A stretch of DNA of 32,000 nucleotides from contig LDXL01000005.1 of assembly GCA_001443365.1 (NCBI GenBank), forward strand, positions 28,072 to 60,071. Reading direction: 5' to 3'. A program made the translations under genes and the position numbers. Positions 16,995 through 25,948 of this stretch are shown here, one piece after another (positions within the stretch are counted from its first letter, which is position 1; each line of letters starts with the position of its first letter). This stretch comes from Thaumarchaeota archaeon CSP1-1. GTDB taxonomy: Archaea; Thermoproteota; Nitrososphaeria; Nitrososphaerales; Nitrosopumilaceae. The notes under the pieces are model-generated. The model did no database searches and was not told the origin of the DNA. It worked only from the letters and a program-made list of their open reading frames with translations.

Positions 16995-18740
16995 ATGACA
17001 GAATCTTACAGTGATGTTTCCAAGATCCATAAACGATATTCACTAACATTACTAAATCCCTCTTCATTTTATCATTCATTAATAATTTCAATTATTATTG
17101 CATCAGTACTTGTAACGTTAACTGTATCAGTCTATCTGGAAAGTGAAGATATTGTTTTTAGACTGCTTGCTGTTCTAGGAACCCTTTTGGTAACACAAAT
17201 CATTGACTCTCGCTTTACCAGAAACAAAGAGTATTCTAAAGCATTACACATGTCGCTTTTTGGAAATAGTCTTTGGTTGCTTACTGCGGTATCTGGTCTT
17301 TTGGCTTCTCTTATAATATCTAGAGAAGAGATTCCCTTTCTTTTCATTACAGTTGGAATGTTTTTGTTTGCAAGCTTTAGAATTGGAATATTCACAACTG
17401 TTCTTGGCACTAACATACGCAAGGCCTGGCTTGTATGTTTCTTACAACCAATGGCAATGTTTTTAGCACTAGTACCAATCGATATGTGGATTCCAGTTTT
17501 AACTAATTATCAGGCTATAGCATATGGTACAACATTTTTGATATTAGCCTCGTCTTGGTCTATCCTTACTGATAGGGCAGGAATGCCTGGTGTCAAGAGC
17601 ACTCATAAATTGATACAAGCTTATCTTTCATCCTTATCAAAAAATAATCCATCCGAGGTTGAAAATATTCTTACTGAACGTGCAAAAGTATCCAAAGTTT
17701 CGACGTCACAAATTAGATTTCATACAAAGAACGCAAATAGAGAATTTAGATTAGTTTTACCTGATATTCATCCTGGACCATTTCATCCAGTAGGAGGAAG
17801 CAATATCCCATACCTGATTTATAAAAATCTTGGTTCATCAGCAATGGTGCTGCATAGCGTTTCAAACCATTCTCTAAATTTACCTTCACAAACAGAAGTA
17901 TCTCAATATCTTGAGAGTTTATCAAAATATTCTGTAGCACAGGAAGGATTGAACTGTACTGAACCTGTTACAGTTCAGATTAACAATGCCCGTTGTGTAG
18001 GATTACTTTTTGGTAAAACCGCACTCTTGTTTTTGTCTCTTTCTCCACATGGAATGGAGGACTTGCCACTACATGTAAAAAGTGAGATTGAACAGTTTTC
18101 AAAAAATCGTAACTTTGGTCAAGTCTTAATTGTAGATTGTCACAATGCAATGGGAGAAGAAATATCTCAAAACAATTCAGAAGATCTTTTAACTGCATCA
18201 AAATCTTGTCTTGACACGTTGATGACTAAAGAGACATATCCTTTAGAATTTGGTTATGCAAATTCTAAAGATATGGATATTAAAGCGCCAGATCTTGCAC
18301 TTGGTGGAATTGGAATTTTGTGTCTTCGCACAAATAATAAAAAATATTTTCTAGGGTGGGCCGACGCAAATAATATGGAAAATGGGGTTAGAGAAGCAGT
18401 AGTGAACCATTTTTCAAAAAATGGATATGACCTAATAGAAATTTGTACATCTGATACGCATTACACCACACAAGGTGTGAGAAATAGAAATGGATACTAT
18501 CAATTTGGGTTGGTCACAAAACCTCAAGACATGGCAAATTGGTATCTTGAAATTGCCAAAGAATCTGAAAAAAACATAGAGCCAGCTTCCTTTGAAATTT
18601 TAGAAAACGAAGCCAATGTTAAAGTGATGGGGCCAACTATATTTCGGGATTATTCTAGAGCAGTAGACAAAACTATGAATTTAACTAAAGGATTTCTATC
18701 TGCATGTTCAGCATTTTTTCTTCTAACTATGTTTCTATAG
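16995..18740 (+). CDS. Conserved archaeal polytopic membrane protein, DUF2070-like
   Basis: 581 aa. About 6-7 N-terminal TMs are followed by a ~330-aa soluble domain and a final hydrophobic segment. Size and architecture match my recollection of DUF2070. Confidence 0.5.
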   Translation: MTESYSDVSKIHKRYSLTLLNPSSFYHSLIISIIIASVLVTLTVSVYLESEDIVFRLLAVLGTLLVTQIIDSRFTRNKEYSKALHMSLFGNSLWLLTAVSGLLASLIISREEIPFLFITVGMFLFASFRIGIFTTVLGTNIRKAWLVCFLQPMAMFLALVPIDMWIPVLTNYQAIAYGTTFLILASSWSILTDRAGMPGVKSTHKLIQAYLSSLSKNNPSEVENILTERAKVSKVSTSQIRFHTKNANREFRLVLPDIHPGPFHPVGGSNIPYLIYKNLGSSAMVLHSVSNHSLNLPSQTEVSQYLESLSKYSVAQEGLNCTEPVTVQINNARCVGLLFGKTALLFLSLSPHGMEDLPLHVKSEIEQFSKNRNFGQVLIVDCHNAMGEEISQNNSEDLLTASKSCLDTLMTKETYPLEFGYANSKDMDIKAPDLALGGIGILCLRTNNKKYFLGWADANNMENGVREAVVNHFSKNGYDLIEICTSDTHYTTQGVRNRNGYYQFGLVTKPQDMANWYLEIAKESEKNIEPASFEILENEANVKVMGPTIFRDYSRAVDKTMNLTKGFLSACSAFFLLTMFL

Positions 18741-19356
18741 TCTTCAAGTCATCCAAATTCCCATAAAATTCATCTAAAAACGAAGAAAATTGTAAGATAG
18801 GAATTATTGGTACATTATCGATAAAACTAATTTCTTCTTGGTATAAGGTTACTATTGCTGGCACAGCTATTGTCCCTTGAGTTTTTCCTACGTAATGCTT
18901 CACCCGTGCAACCTGTTTTTTTACTATCTCTCTAAGAGTCGACGAACTCATCCTCTTCCAATGCTTACAGTCAATGAGAACTGCCACCCCGTGATTGATT
19001 CCAATTACATCTATTTCCATTCGTGGCTTGGTTAATACAAGATTTTTAATGATATCAAAGTTCTTTGATTCTAATATCTCGGCTACAAGGCCTTCAAAAT
19101 CCTTCCAATTCAAATAAATGGAAACATCATCAATTGGAGCCCCTTGGCTGATTGCAAAAAGAGCGGCTTTTAGTTTATCTTCTGGATTGAAATTAACATT
19201 TTCTCCTTCAAAAGAACCTATTTTATTTGCAACCAAAACATTGAGAATTTCTTTTGCAGAAATTTGATCTGTTTGTGCAACTATTGCAAAATCTATAACC
19301 GAAATTCCCCCTGGGATTACCCCCGTTATTCCTCTTGTAAGTGGTTTTAATTGCAA
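18727..19356 (-). CDS. PD-(D/E)xK (Mrr/restriction-endonuclease-like) nuclease-fold protein
   Basis: 209 aa. The C-terminal half contains RMEIDVIGINHGVAVLIDCKHWKR, an (E/D)xD ... DxK core arrangement as in Mrr_cat-type nucleases. Confidence 0.45.
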   Translation of the reverse strand: MQLKPLTRGITGVIPGGISVIDFAIVAQTDQISAKEILNVLVANKIGSFEGENVNFNPEDKLKAALFAISQGAPIDDVSIYLNWKDFEGLVAEILESKNFDIIKNLVLTKPRMEIDVIGINHGVAVLIDCKHWKRMSSSTLREIVKKQVARVKHYVGKTQGTIAVPAIVTLYQEEISFIDNVPIIPILQFSSFLDEFYGNLDDLKTIET

Positions 19357-19446
19357 TGTATTTTCATATTGAATTTTCTTTTTTAAATTTTAAGTGTTAA
19401 TATTCATCAAAATAGTTTATGACCTTGGAACCTTATATTACAGCCA

Positions 19447-21936
19447 TTGCACACGCATGTCATGAAACTCTTACTTGCCATACTATTTGGCATGTTAAGT
19501 ATTCAGATTGCATCAGCTGACAAAGGAACCTTTGTTGATGAGATACAGTTCATTCAATATCTTGATGAAAACACTGCTCTAGAAGAAGTACGAAATGGTA
19601 ACTTGGATCTATACTATTACAGAATTTCCTCAGACAGAATTGACAGCGTAAAGTCTCGTGAGGGATTACAAGTTTATGAATCAACTGGAGGTTCCTATAG
19701 TATTCTTATCAACCCTGCAGAGTCAGAAAAATTTAATCCTTTTTCAATTAAAGAAGTAAGATTTGCACTAAACTATCTGGTCGATAGAAAATTAATTGTA
19801 AACGAACTAATGGGAGGATATGGCACAACAATGATTTCAAATTATGGACCATTTGATCCAGATTATTTATTCATCGTTGATGAGTTAGAGTCATTTCATT
19901 TTAGATATAACCCTGCTTTGGCTGAAGAAATGATTTCAAAAGCGCTAACAGATGCAGGTGCAAAAAAAATTGATGGTAAATGGACATTTGATAATAAGGA
20001 AATAGAATTAATTGCGTTCATTAGAAGTGATGATCCAGTAAGAAAGTCGATAGGTGAGATACTATCATCTGAGTTAGAAAAAATCGGCTTTAAAGTGATA
20101 AAAGATTTTGGTGATCTTAACAAGGCCTTCGTTAACGTTTACGGTTCAAATCCATCAGATATGAAATGGAGTTTCTACACAGAAGGTTGGGGAGGTCGTT
20201 CTGCATTTGTAAAATATGATCCGTTGAGTCTTGGCCAAATGTACTCTCCATGGTTCTCAAATATGCCTGGATTTAATGACCCCTCGTATTGGAACTATCA
20301 AAATGATTACATGGATTCATTAACACAAAAAATCTATACGGGAAATTTCAGCTCAGCTGAAGAACGCATAGACCTATTCCGGAAAGCCACAGCTGAGGGG
20401 ATTAGGGAATCTGTGAGAATTTTTCTGGCAAGTAAAATTGACCAATATGTGGTAAATGAGAAGATTGATGGAATAATCAATGATTTTGGTGCTGGCGTTC
20501 CATCTAGGTTTACTCCAATTAATGCTAGGACTGATTCAAATTCCCTTACAATAGGTGTAAAGCAAATCTATCAAGGCGCATGGAATCCAGTAATGGGAAT
20601 CAGTGATATCTACAGCAGACAAATTTGGGATGCCTTGTATGATCCTGGTGTTTTCAAACATCCATACACCGGTAATACTATTCCGATTAGAACAAATTTC
20701 ACAGTTGAAACTGCTGGTCCTGCTGGCAAATTAGATGTTCCAGAAAATGCTATCACATGGGATCCAAAATTACAAAAGTGGAGTACGGTTAAAGCAGGCA
20801 CTCAAGCTACAAGCAAAGTAATCTTTGATCTTGAATTTAGTAAGTGGCATCATGGTATGCAAATGGACATGAATGATGTTTTACATTCTCTATATTTTAC
20901 ATTAGAGTGGGGCTCTGAACAACAAGAGGATGATAAAACGTTTGATGCAGAGTATACTCCTCGTGCTGCTCAAACTGTTCAAACATTAATTGGAGTTAGG
21001 CCAGTTGATGAAAATACACTTGAGGTATATGTTGACTATTGGCATTTTGATGAAGCAGAAATTGCAGATTGGGCTAGTTTGTGGAGTTCTGAACCATGGG
21101 AATTAATGACTGCAATGGAACAAGCAGTAATCGATGGTAAGGTCTCATTTTCACGTTCTGGGTCTGTAAGCAAAAATGTGAATTGGCTTTCTTTAATTGT
21201 ACCAAATGATGCTGAAATTATTCGTCAATATCTGCTTGACTTCAAAGATTCTGGTTTTGAGCCACCGGCACTAGCCACCTTTGATTTGCCACATAGCTAT
21301 TTTGATTCAAGATACGACGCTTCAATAAAATGGATTGACGAATACAATCATGCAGTAATTAGTAACGGCCCATTTTATTTGAAAAGTTACTCTCCAGAAT
21401 CAAGAACTATCACCATCAAGGCTTTTGCCGATGAAAGCTATCCATTTGAAGCTGGGCATTGGCAAGAATTTGAAAAAATTAAGTTTCCAAAAATAGTTCA
21501 AGTTGATATTCCTGATGTCATAAAGAAAGGTGATATCTTAACAATCCCAATTTCCACGCAAGACACATCAAAAATTGATTATTTTTTCACAAATTCACAA
21601 GGTGATTCGGTAGCCTCAGGCACGCAGTTAGTAGATTTTGGAAAAACCATCTTGACTCTGTCTGAAGAACAGACTGACAAATTTGGGATTGGCGCAAATG
21701 ACTTGAAGGTTTTTGCAGTATCTGAATCTGTTCTAAGACCTGACATCTATAGTGTTAGCTTTCTTGCAGTAAGTGATTCTACCCAATTACCAGAAATGTC
21801 TCTTACTGATATTCAAAACGCTGAGGAAAAAAATGAATACGTATCAATAACTGCGATTGTTATAGGAATTATTATTGTAGTGTCAATTTTGTATTTGAGG
21901 CGTTCTAGAAAAAAATCACAAATAGTTAGAAAATAA
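19447..21936 (+). CDS. Family-5 (Opp/Dpp/Nik-type) ABC substrate-binding protein with C-terminal extension and TM anchor
   Basis: 829 aa. The signal is MKLLLAILFGMLSIQIASA (ATG at 19462 likely). The SBP_bac_5-like body includes NPFSIKEVRFALNYLVDR and AFIRSDDPVRKSIGEILSSELEKIGFKV. A C-terminal TM (ITAIVIGIIIVVSILYL) is followed by RRSRKK. Confidence 0.8.
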   Translation: MHTHVMKLLLAILFGMLSIQIASADKGTFVDEIQFIQYLDENTALEEVRNGNLDLYYYRISSDRIDSVKSREGLQVYESTGGSYSILINPAESEKFNPFSIKEVRFALNYLVDRKLIVNELMGGYGTTMISNYGPFDPDYLFIVDELESFHFRYNPALAEEMISKALTDAGAKKIDGKWTFDNKEIELIAFIRSDDPVRKSIGEILSSELEKIGFKVIKDFGDLNKAFVNVYGSNPSDMKWSFYTEGWGGRSAFVKYDPLSLGQMYSPWFSNMPGFNDPSYWNYQNDYMDSLTQKIYTGNFSSAEERIDLFRKATAEGIRESVRIFLASKIDQYVVNEKIDGIINDFGAGVPSRFTPINARTDSNSLTIGVKQIYQGAWNPVMGISDIYSRQIWDALYDPGVFKHPYTGNTIPIRTNFTVETAGPAGKLDVPENAITWDPKLQKWSTVKAGTQATSKVIFDLEFSKWHHGMQMDMNDVLHSLYFTLEWGSEQQEDDKTFDAEYTPRAAQTVQTLIGVRPVDENTLEVYVDYWHFDEAEIADWASLWSSEPWELMTAMEQAVIDGKVSFSRSGSVSKNVNWLSLIVPNDAEIIRQYLLDFKDSGFEPPALATFDLPHSYFDSRYDASIKWIDEYNHAVISNGPFYLKSYSPESRTITIKAFADESYPFEAGHWQEFEKIKFPKIVQVDIPDVIKKGDILTIPISTQDTSKIDYFFTNSQGDSVASGTQLVDFGKTILTLSEEQTDKFGIGANDLKVFAVSESVLRPDIYSVSFLAVSDSTQLPEMSLTDIQNAEEKNEYVSITAIVIGIIIVVSILYLRRSRKKSQIVRK

Positions 21937-21937
21937 T

Positions 21938-22588
21938 TTATTTTGTTCCAATAATAAATAGAGTACCAAATTCTTGCTTCCATTTTTTGCGATTCGAAGG
22001 ATCTTTAACCTGTTTGGTTTTAGTTTTAAATCCAATTTCTTCAAACGTTTTTTTCCACTGTTTTTTTGATCTTAAATCAAGAGGCAATTTCATCATTTCA
22101 GACCAATGTGTAGTTGCTTTGTTATCGCTATAGAAATCTGTTCCACAAAAAAACTGCCCTCCAGGTTTGAGTAATCTATAGATTTTTTTCAACCCAGATT
22201 CCATTGGCGACAAATAATACAAAGACTCCATTGAAAAAATATAATCAAATTTATTACGAAACTTCCACGATTGAATATCCGCCTTCAAATACAATTCTTT
22301 TAAGGATTTCTTTTTAGAATTAGCTTTTGTAATCATATTTTTACTCTTGTCAATTCCTACTGCCTTTTTGCAATTCTTTAGTTGGGCAATTTTCCTTACT
22401 ACCCATCCATTCCCACATCCAACATCAAGAAAAGAAAACGGTTTATCAAATGGCACAGAATTTAAAAATTTGAGTACGGTTTTGGAGTGTTCTTTTTCCA
22501 TTAATTCAGATCTTCCACTAATTGCCCACTCATCAAATGTTATTCTGACCTTATCCATTTGATCTTCAAACATTTTTTTCCATTTCAA
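21938..22588 (-). CDS. Class I SAM-dependent methyltransferase
   Basis: 216 aa. Motif I is FLDVGCGNGW, followed by AVGIDKS, FDYIFSMESLYY and LKPGG. Confidence 0.8.
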   Translation of the reverse strand: MKWKKMFEDQMDKVRITFDEWAISGRSELMEKEHSKTVLKFLNSVPFDKPFSFLDVGCGNGWVVRKIAQLKNCKKAVGIDKSKNMITKANSKKKSLKELYLKADIQSWKFRNKFDYIFSMESLYYLSPMESGLKKIYRLLKPGGQFFCGTDFYSDNKATTHWSEMMKLPLDLRSKKQWKKTFEEIGFKTKTKQVKDPSNRKKWKQEFGTLFIIGTK

Positions 22589-22671
22589 TGTTGAGTTGAT
22601 TAGTAGCTTTTGTATGAACGAATTCTACTCAAGCCTTAAATCCAAAATTCGTAAAGCAAAGCCGAAACGAA

Positions 22672-22890
22672 TTGCCAGATGAATCATGTAGAAAATGTGG
22701 TGGAAATCTCATTGATTGTAGTCTATGTGCCCAATGCAAAGGGGTTATAGGCATGATTTGTGTTTCATGCGGAACAAGAACCATGGAGCAATTTCATGAT
22801 TCGTGCCTGTATCTGGTTGAACAGATTCAGACTACAACTGACCGTAATCAGAATGGATACCTTTTCCAAAAAATAATATCGCTTACCTAA
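22672..22890 (+). CDS. Small Cys-rich zinc-ribbon protein (72 aa)
   Basis: CRKCGGNLIDCSLCAQCKGVIGMICVSCG gives four CxxC-type pairs. The start is TTG, so the start is uncertain. Confidence 0.45.
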   Translation: MPDESCRKCGGNLIDCSLCAQCKGVIGMICVSCGTRTMEQFHDSCLYLVEQIQTTTDRNQNGYLFQKIISLT

Positions 22891-24116
22891 ATTCCATCTT
22901 TACTCTTTGAGCCTTTGACAATATTGAAAAGATGTCTTACGGCTAGTTTTGGGTGGTGGGCTGCCAGCTTTACCATATTTGTTAAACCAAAGTCTGCTTT
23001 GATAAAATCAATAAACTCATCAGGAGTTAATTTCCCAATAATTTCAATTTCTTTATCCCACTCTTCATCCGATAAACCAATCCATCTATCTTGTATCTTA
23101 GATGCAGAGTTTATTTTTGCTTTAATTGCTTTTTTCCAATTTTCTTCATACTTTTTTAGTGATTTTTCTGATGTATCGCCAGACTTTATTGCATTAGCTG
23201 AAACTTCTCCTGCAACTCTTCCAAACATTATCGCATATCTTATGCCCTCTAATACAAGTGGATTTGCTTGTCCTGCTGAATCCCCAACAAGTATCAAATT
23301 ATCATAAACTGTTTTTCGAGATAGTCCATCATTTGGAATTAAACCATAATGAAATTCAATTGGAGTAATTTTTCCTAGATTTTTAATTGGACCTGGTTTT
23401 TTTTCCATAAGTTCTTTTAGTCTTTCAGTAGGATCTATTGATGATTCAGGTTTTCCCACTCCTACTCCTATTCGAATAATATTTTTACTAACAGGAAAAA
23501 TCCACGCATAGCCTGCTGGCGAATATTGCTGTCCAACCATTAGCCACCATGTATCCGAGTCAACATGCTCAGCATATGCTTCATATTCAGCACCTGCTCC
23601 AAATCTTTCCCACTGTGTTACTACACCCAAAGATTTCGCCACAACTGACTGAAAACCGCTTGCATCAATTACTATTTTGGAATTAAAAACACAATTCTCC
23701 TTTGAGGATGTTTTAACTCCAGAAATTTTTCCTTGATTATTTCTAATGACATCGGTAACATTAGTTTTTACAAAAATATCTGCGCCTTCTTTTGCTGCTT
23801 GCTCAGCAAGCCATTGATACGTTTTTCTTACATCTAGTACCACTGCTCTTGGTTTTGAATCCCTAACTGAAACTTGGTTGTTTGGTGAACAAAATGAATA
23901 ATTTTTTATCTCATTATAGCAGTCTGGAGGAATTCCAAATTTTTTTACATCTTTAATCCATGTAACTCCGCTAGTTCTAACACTTTGAGAAATACACTCT
24001 TCTTTTTCTAAAAGTGCTACTTTGACTCCATTTTTTGCAGCAGCAAAAGCCGCTGAAGAACCTGCTGGGCCTCCTCCTACAACAACAATGTCATAATCTA
24101 ATTCTTTAGATACCAT
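22887..24116 (-). CDS. Geranylgeranyl reductase family FAD-dependent oxidoreductase (archaeal lipid saturation)
   Basis: 409 aa. It has DYDIVVVGGGPAGSSAAFAAAKNG (GxGxxG), LVGDSAG and a C-terminal helical domain, as in digeranylgeranylglycerophospholipid reductases. Confidence 0.85.
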   Translation of the reverse strand: MVSKELDYDIVVVGGGPAGSSAAFAAAKNGVKVALLEKEECISQSVRTSGVTWIKDVKKFGIPPDCYNEIKNYSFCSPNNQVSVRDSKPRAVVLDVRKTYQWLAEQAAKEGADIFVKTNVTDVIRNNQGKISGVKTSSKENCVFNSKIVIDASGFQSVVAKSLGVVTQWERFGAGAEYEAYAEHVDSDTWWLMVGQQYSPAGYAWIFPVSKNIIRIGVGVGKPESSIDPTERLKELMEKKPGPIKNLGKITPIEFHYGLIPNDGLSRKTVYDNLILVGDSAGQANPLVLEGIRYAIMFGRVAGEVSANAIKSGDTSEKSLKKYEENWKKAIKAKINSASKIQDRWIGLSDEEWDKEIEIIGKLTPDEFIDFIKADFGLTNMVKLAAHHPKLAVRHLFNIVKGSKSKDGI

Positions 24117-24163
24117 CAGCTTTCAATCTTTTCAATAACAAAAACCCAATGTAATTAAAGAAA

Positions 24164-24373
24164 TTATCTTTTGAGCACTGGCTTTCCAGCCCCATCAGTA
24201 TCTCTTTCTGAATCCATCGATTTCTGCTCGCTTTTTTCCCTATGCATATAACTATGGGTTGCTCCTTCCTTTTTCCGGCAGAATTTGCTGTGGATAGATT
24301 CCTCAACCTTTAAGGTATCTTCATTTTCATGGAACATACGTTTCCCACAATCTGGACATAGAGCTTCTGGCAT
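24164..24373 (-). CDS. Small putative zinc-binding protein (69 aa)
   Basis: CPDCGKRMFHENEDTLKVEESIHSKFC is followed by a charged tail. It lies on the same strand, just upstream of the geranylgeranyl reductase gene. The overlapping track ORF 24106-24306 is judged spurious. Confidence 0.4.
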   Translation of the reverse strand: MPEALCPDCGKRMFHENEDTLKVEESIHSKFCRKKEGATHSYMHREKSEQKSMDSERDTDGAGKPVLKR

Positions 24374-24579
24374 GATCTTTGAGGGAAATCAAATGTATTT
24401 ATTTTATTCCTAACAGTCAAAACCCATTAATTCTAAAACTAGCGTTCTAATAGTTTGATAGTTTCTAAATAATATGGCAGAACCCGAGATAGTACCATTT
24501 GCAGTATGGTCTCTAACTACCATTGCGATTGTAATAGTTACTGGCCTTTCTTATAGGGTCTATTCTAGGAGAAAACCCA

Positions 24580-25152
24580 ATGCGCCATCTTCATCTTGAA
24601 AAAAAAGGATTACGAGGATTAGCTATCGCAGAAAGTTTTACTCAAAATTCAAAAAAATCAGTTCTTGCAGGTGTCGTAATGCGACGAGATTTTGTAATTG
24701 ATGGATTTGTTTTTGGTAACTCAACCTTGGAAGGAGATGATGCAACAGAGGTAATATTGTCAATGTACAAAAAACTTGAAAGACCCGATATTAGCTATTT
24801 GCTTATTTCTGGAATCATCATCTCGATGTATAACATTGTAGATTTGAAAAAAATTTCTGAATCATTAAACATTCCAGTAATTGGCGTTACCTACAAAGAG
24901 TCTGAAGGCATTGATGACGCAATTAAACATCATTTTCCAAACTCATATGAAACTAAACTAAAAGAATACAAAGAATTAGGAGATCGTGAACAAATTACTC
25001 TTCATACATCATACGATGTTTACGTGAGAAAAGAAGGATGCAGCATTTCTGATGTGAAGCATCTGCTAAATGAGCTCACTCTTCAAGGATCGTTTCCTGA
25101 GCCATTACGGGTTGCACAATTACTTGCAAAGACCTTGCTTCAGGAAAACTAG
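24580..25152 (+). CDS. DUF99/UPF0215 family protein (endonuclease V-like fold)
   Basis: 190 aa. LRGLAIAESF, VLAGVVMRRDFVIDGF, EGDDATEVI, YLLISGIIISMYNIVD and NIPVIGVT follow the DUF99 pattern. Confidence 0.6.
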   Translation: MRHLHLEKKGLRGLAIAESFTQNSKKSVLAGVVMRRDFVIDGFVFGNSTLEGDDATEVILSMYKKLERPDISYLLISGIIISMYNIVDLKKISESLNIPVIGVTYKESEGIDDAIKHHFPNSYETKLKEYKELGDREQITLHTSYDVYVRKEGCSISDVKHLLNELTLQGSFPEPLRVAQLLAKTLLQEN

Positions 25153-25910
25153 CCTTCTGAAGCTGTTTTGCCACCATCTACATTAAGAATTGTTCCAGTA
25201 ATCCAGTTTGCTTCATCTGAAGCCAAGTACAAGACTGCATTTGCAACATCTACAGGTTGTCCAATTCTATTCAAAGGCAATCTATCTTCCAGAACTTTTC
25301 TGGCTTGAGGATCATCTAGATACGGTTTAATCATTCCGGAATTAATTATACCAGGATTTACACAGTTACATCGAACATTTGATCTTGCATACTCTACTGC
25401 AATTGCTTTTGTAAACATACTAATTGCTGCCTTTGTAGCTGAATAAACTGCCAAATGCACTTTTGGAATAGCACGTTCGCTTGAGATTGAACCTATATTG
25501 ATAATACACCCATTCTTGTTTTCACGCATATTTGGGAGAACAGCTTTAGTCATCTTAAAAACACCATACATGTTTACATCAATCAATTTTGTTATTTCAG
25601 AATCAGGCATTTCGTGAAAGTGAATTGGATCATTTATAGCTCCTGCACTATTTACCAAAATGTCAATACTGCCATACTTGTTAAGAATTTGTTCAACTGT
25701 CTGAAGCACTTGTGCTTCATCTGTAATGTCACACTGCATAGATACTGTGGCATTTTTATTACTAATTGTAGTTCTTGCCTTTTCAAGTGAATCAAGTTTT
25801 CTTCCCAACAATACAACTTTTGCACCTTCTTCAACAAACCTCTTAACGATACTAATGCCAATTTCACTTGAGGCACCAGTTACAACTGCCACTTTGTCTT
25901 TGAGGCGCAT
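25149..25910 (-). CDS. Short-chain dehydrogenase/reductase (FabG-like)
   Basis: 253 aa. The TGASSEIG cofactor motif, NSAG and the YSATKAA catalytic motif are present. Confidence 0.9.
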   Translation of the reverse strand: MRLKDKVAVVTGASSEIGISIVKRFVEEGAKVVLLGRKLDSLEKARTTISNKNATVSMQCDITDEAQVLQTVEQILNKYGSIDILVNSAGAINDPIHFHEMPDSEITKLIDVNMYGVFKMTKAVLPNMRENKNGCIINIGSISSERAIPKVHLAVYSATKAAISMFTKAIAVEYARSNVRCNCVNPGIINSGMIKPYLDDPQARKVLEDRLPLNRIGQPVDVANAVLYLASDEANWITGTILNVDGGKTASEG

Positions 25911-25948
25911 GTACCTATGATTATTCCAGTCATCTTAAATTAATTGTG

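Noticed and set aside
24474-24599. 41-aa ORF with one TM (MAEPEIVPFAVWSLTTIAIVIVTGLSYRVYSRRKPNAPSSS) overlapping the DUF99 start
   Set aside because: It is plausible as a membrane microprotein, but the only support is hydrophobicity. It overlaps the next gene's start by 20 nt, and conservation cannot be judged here.
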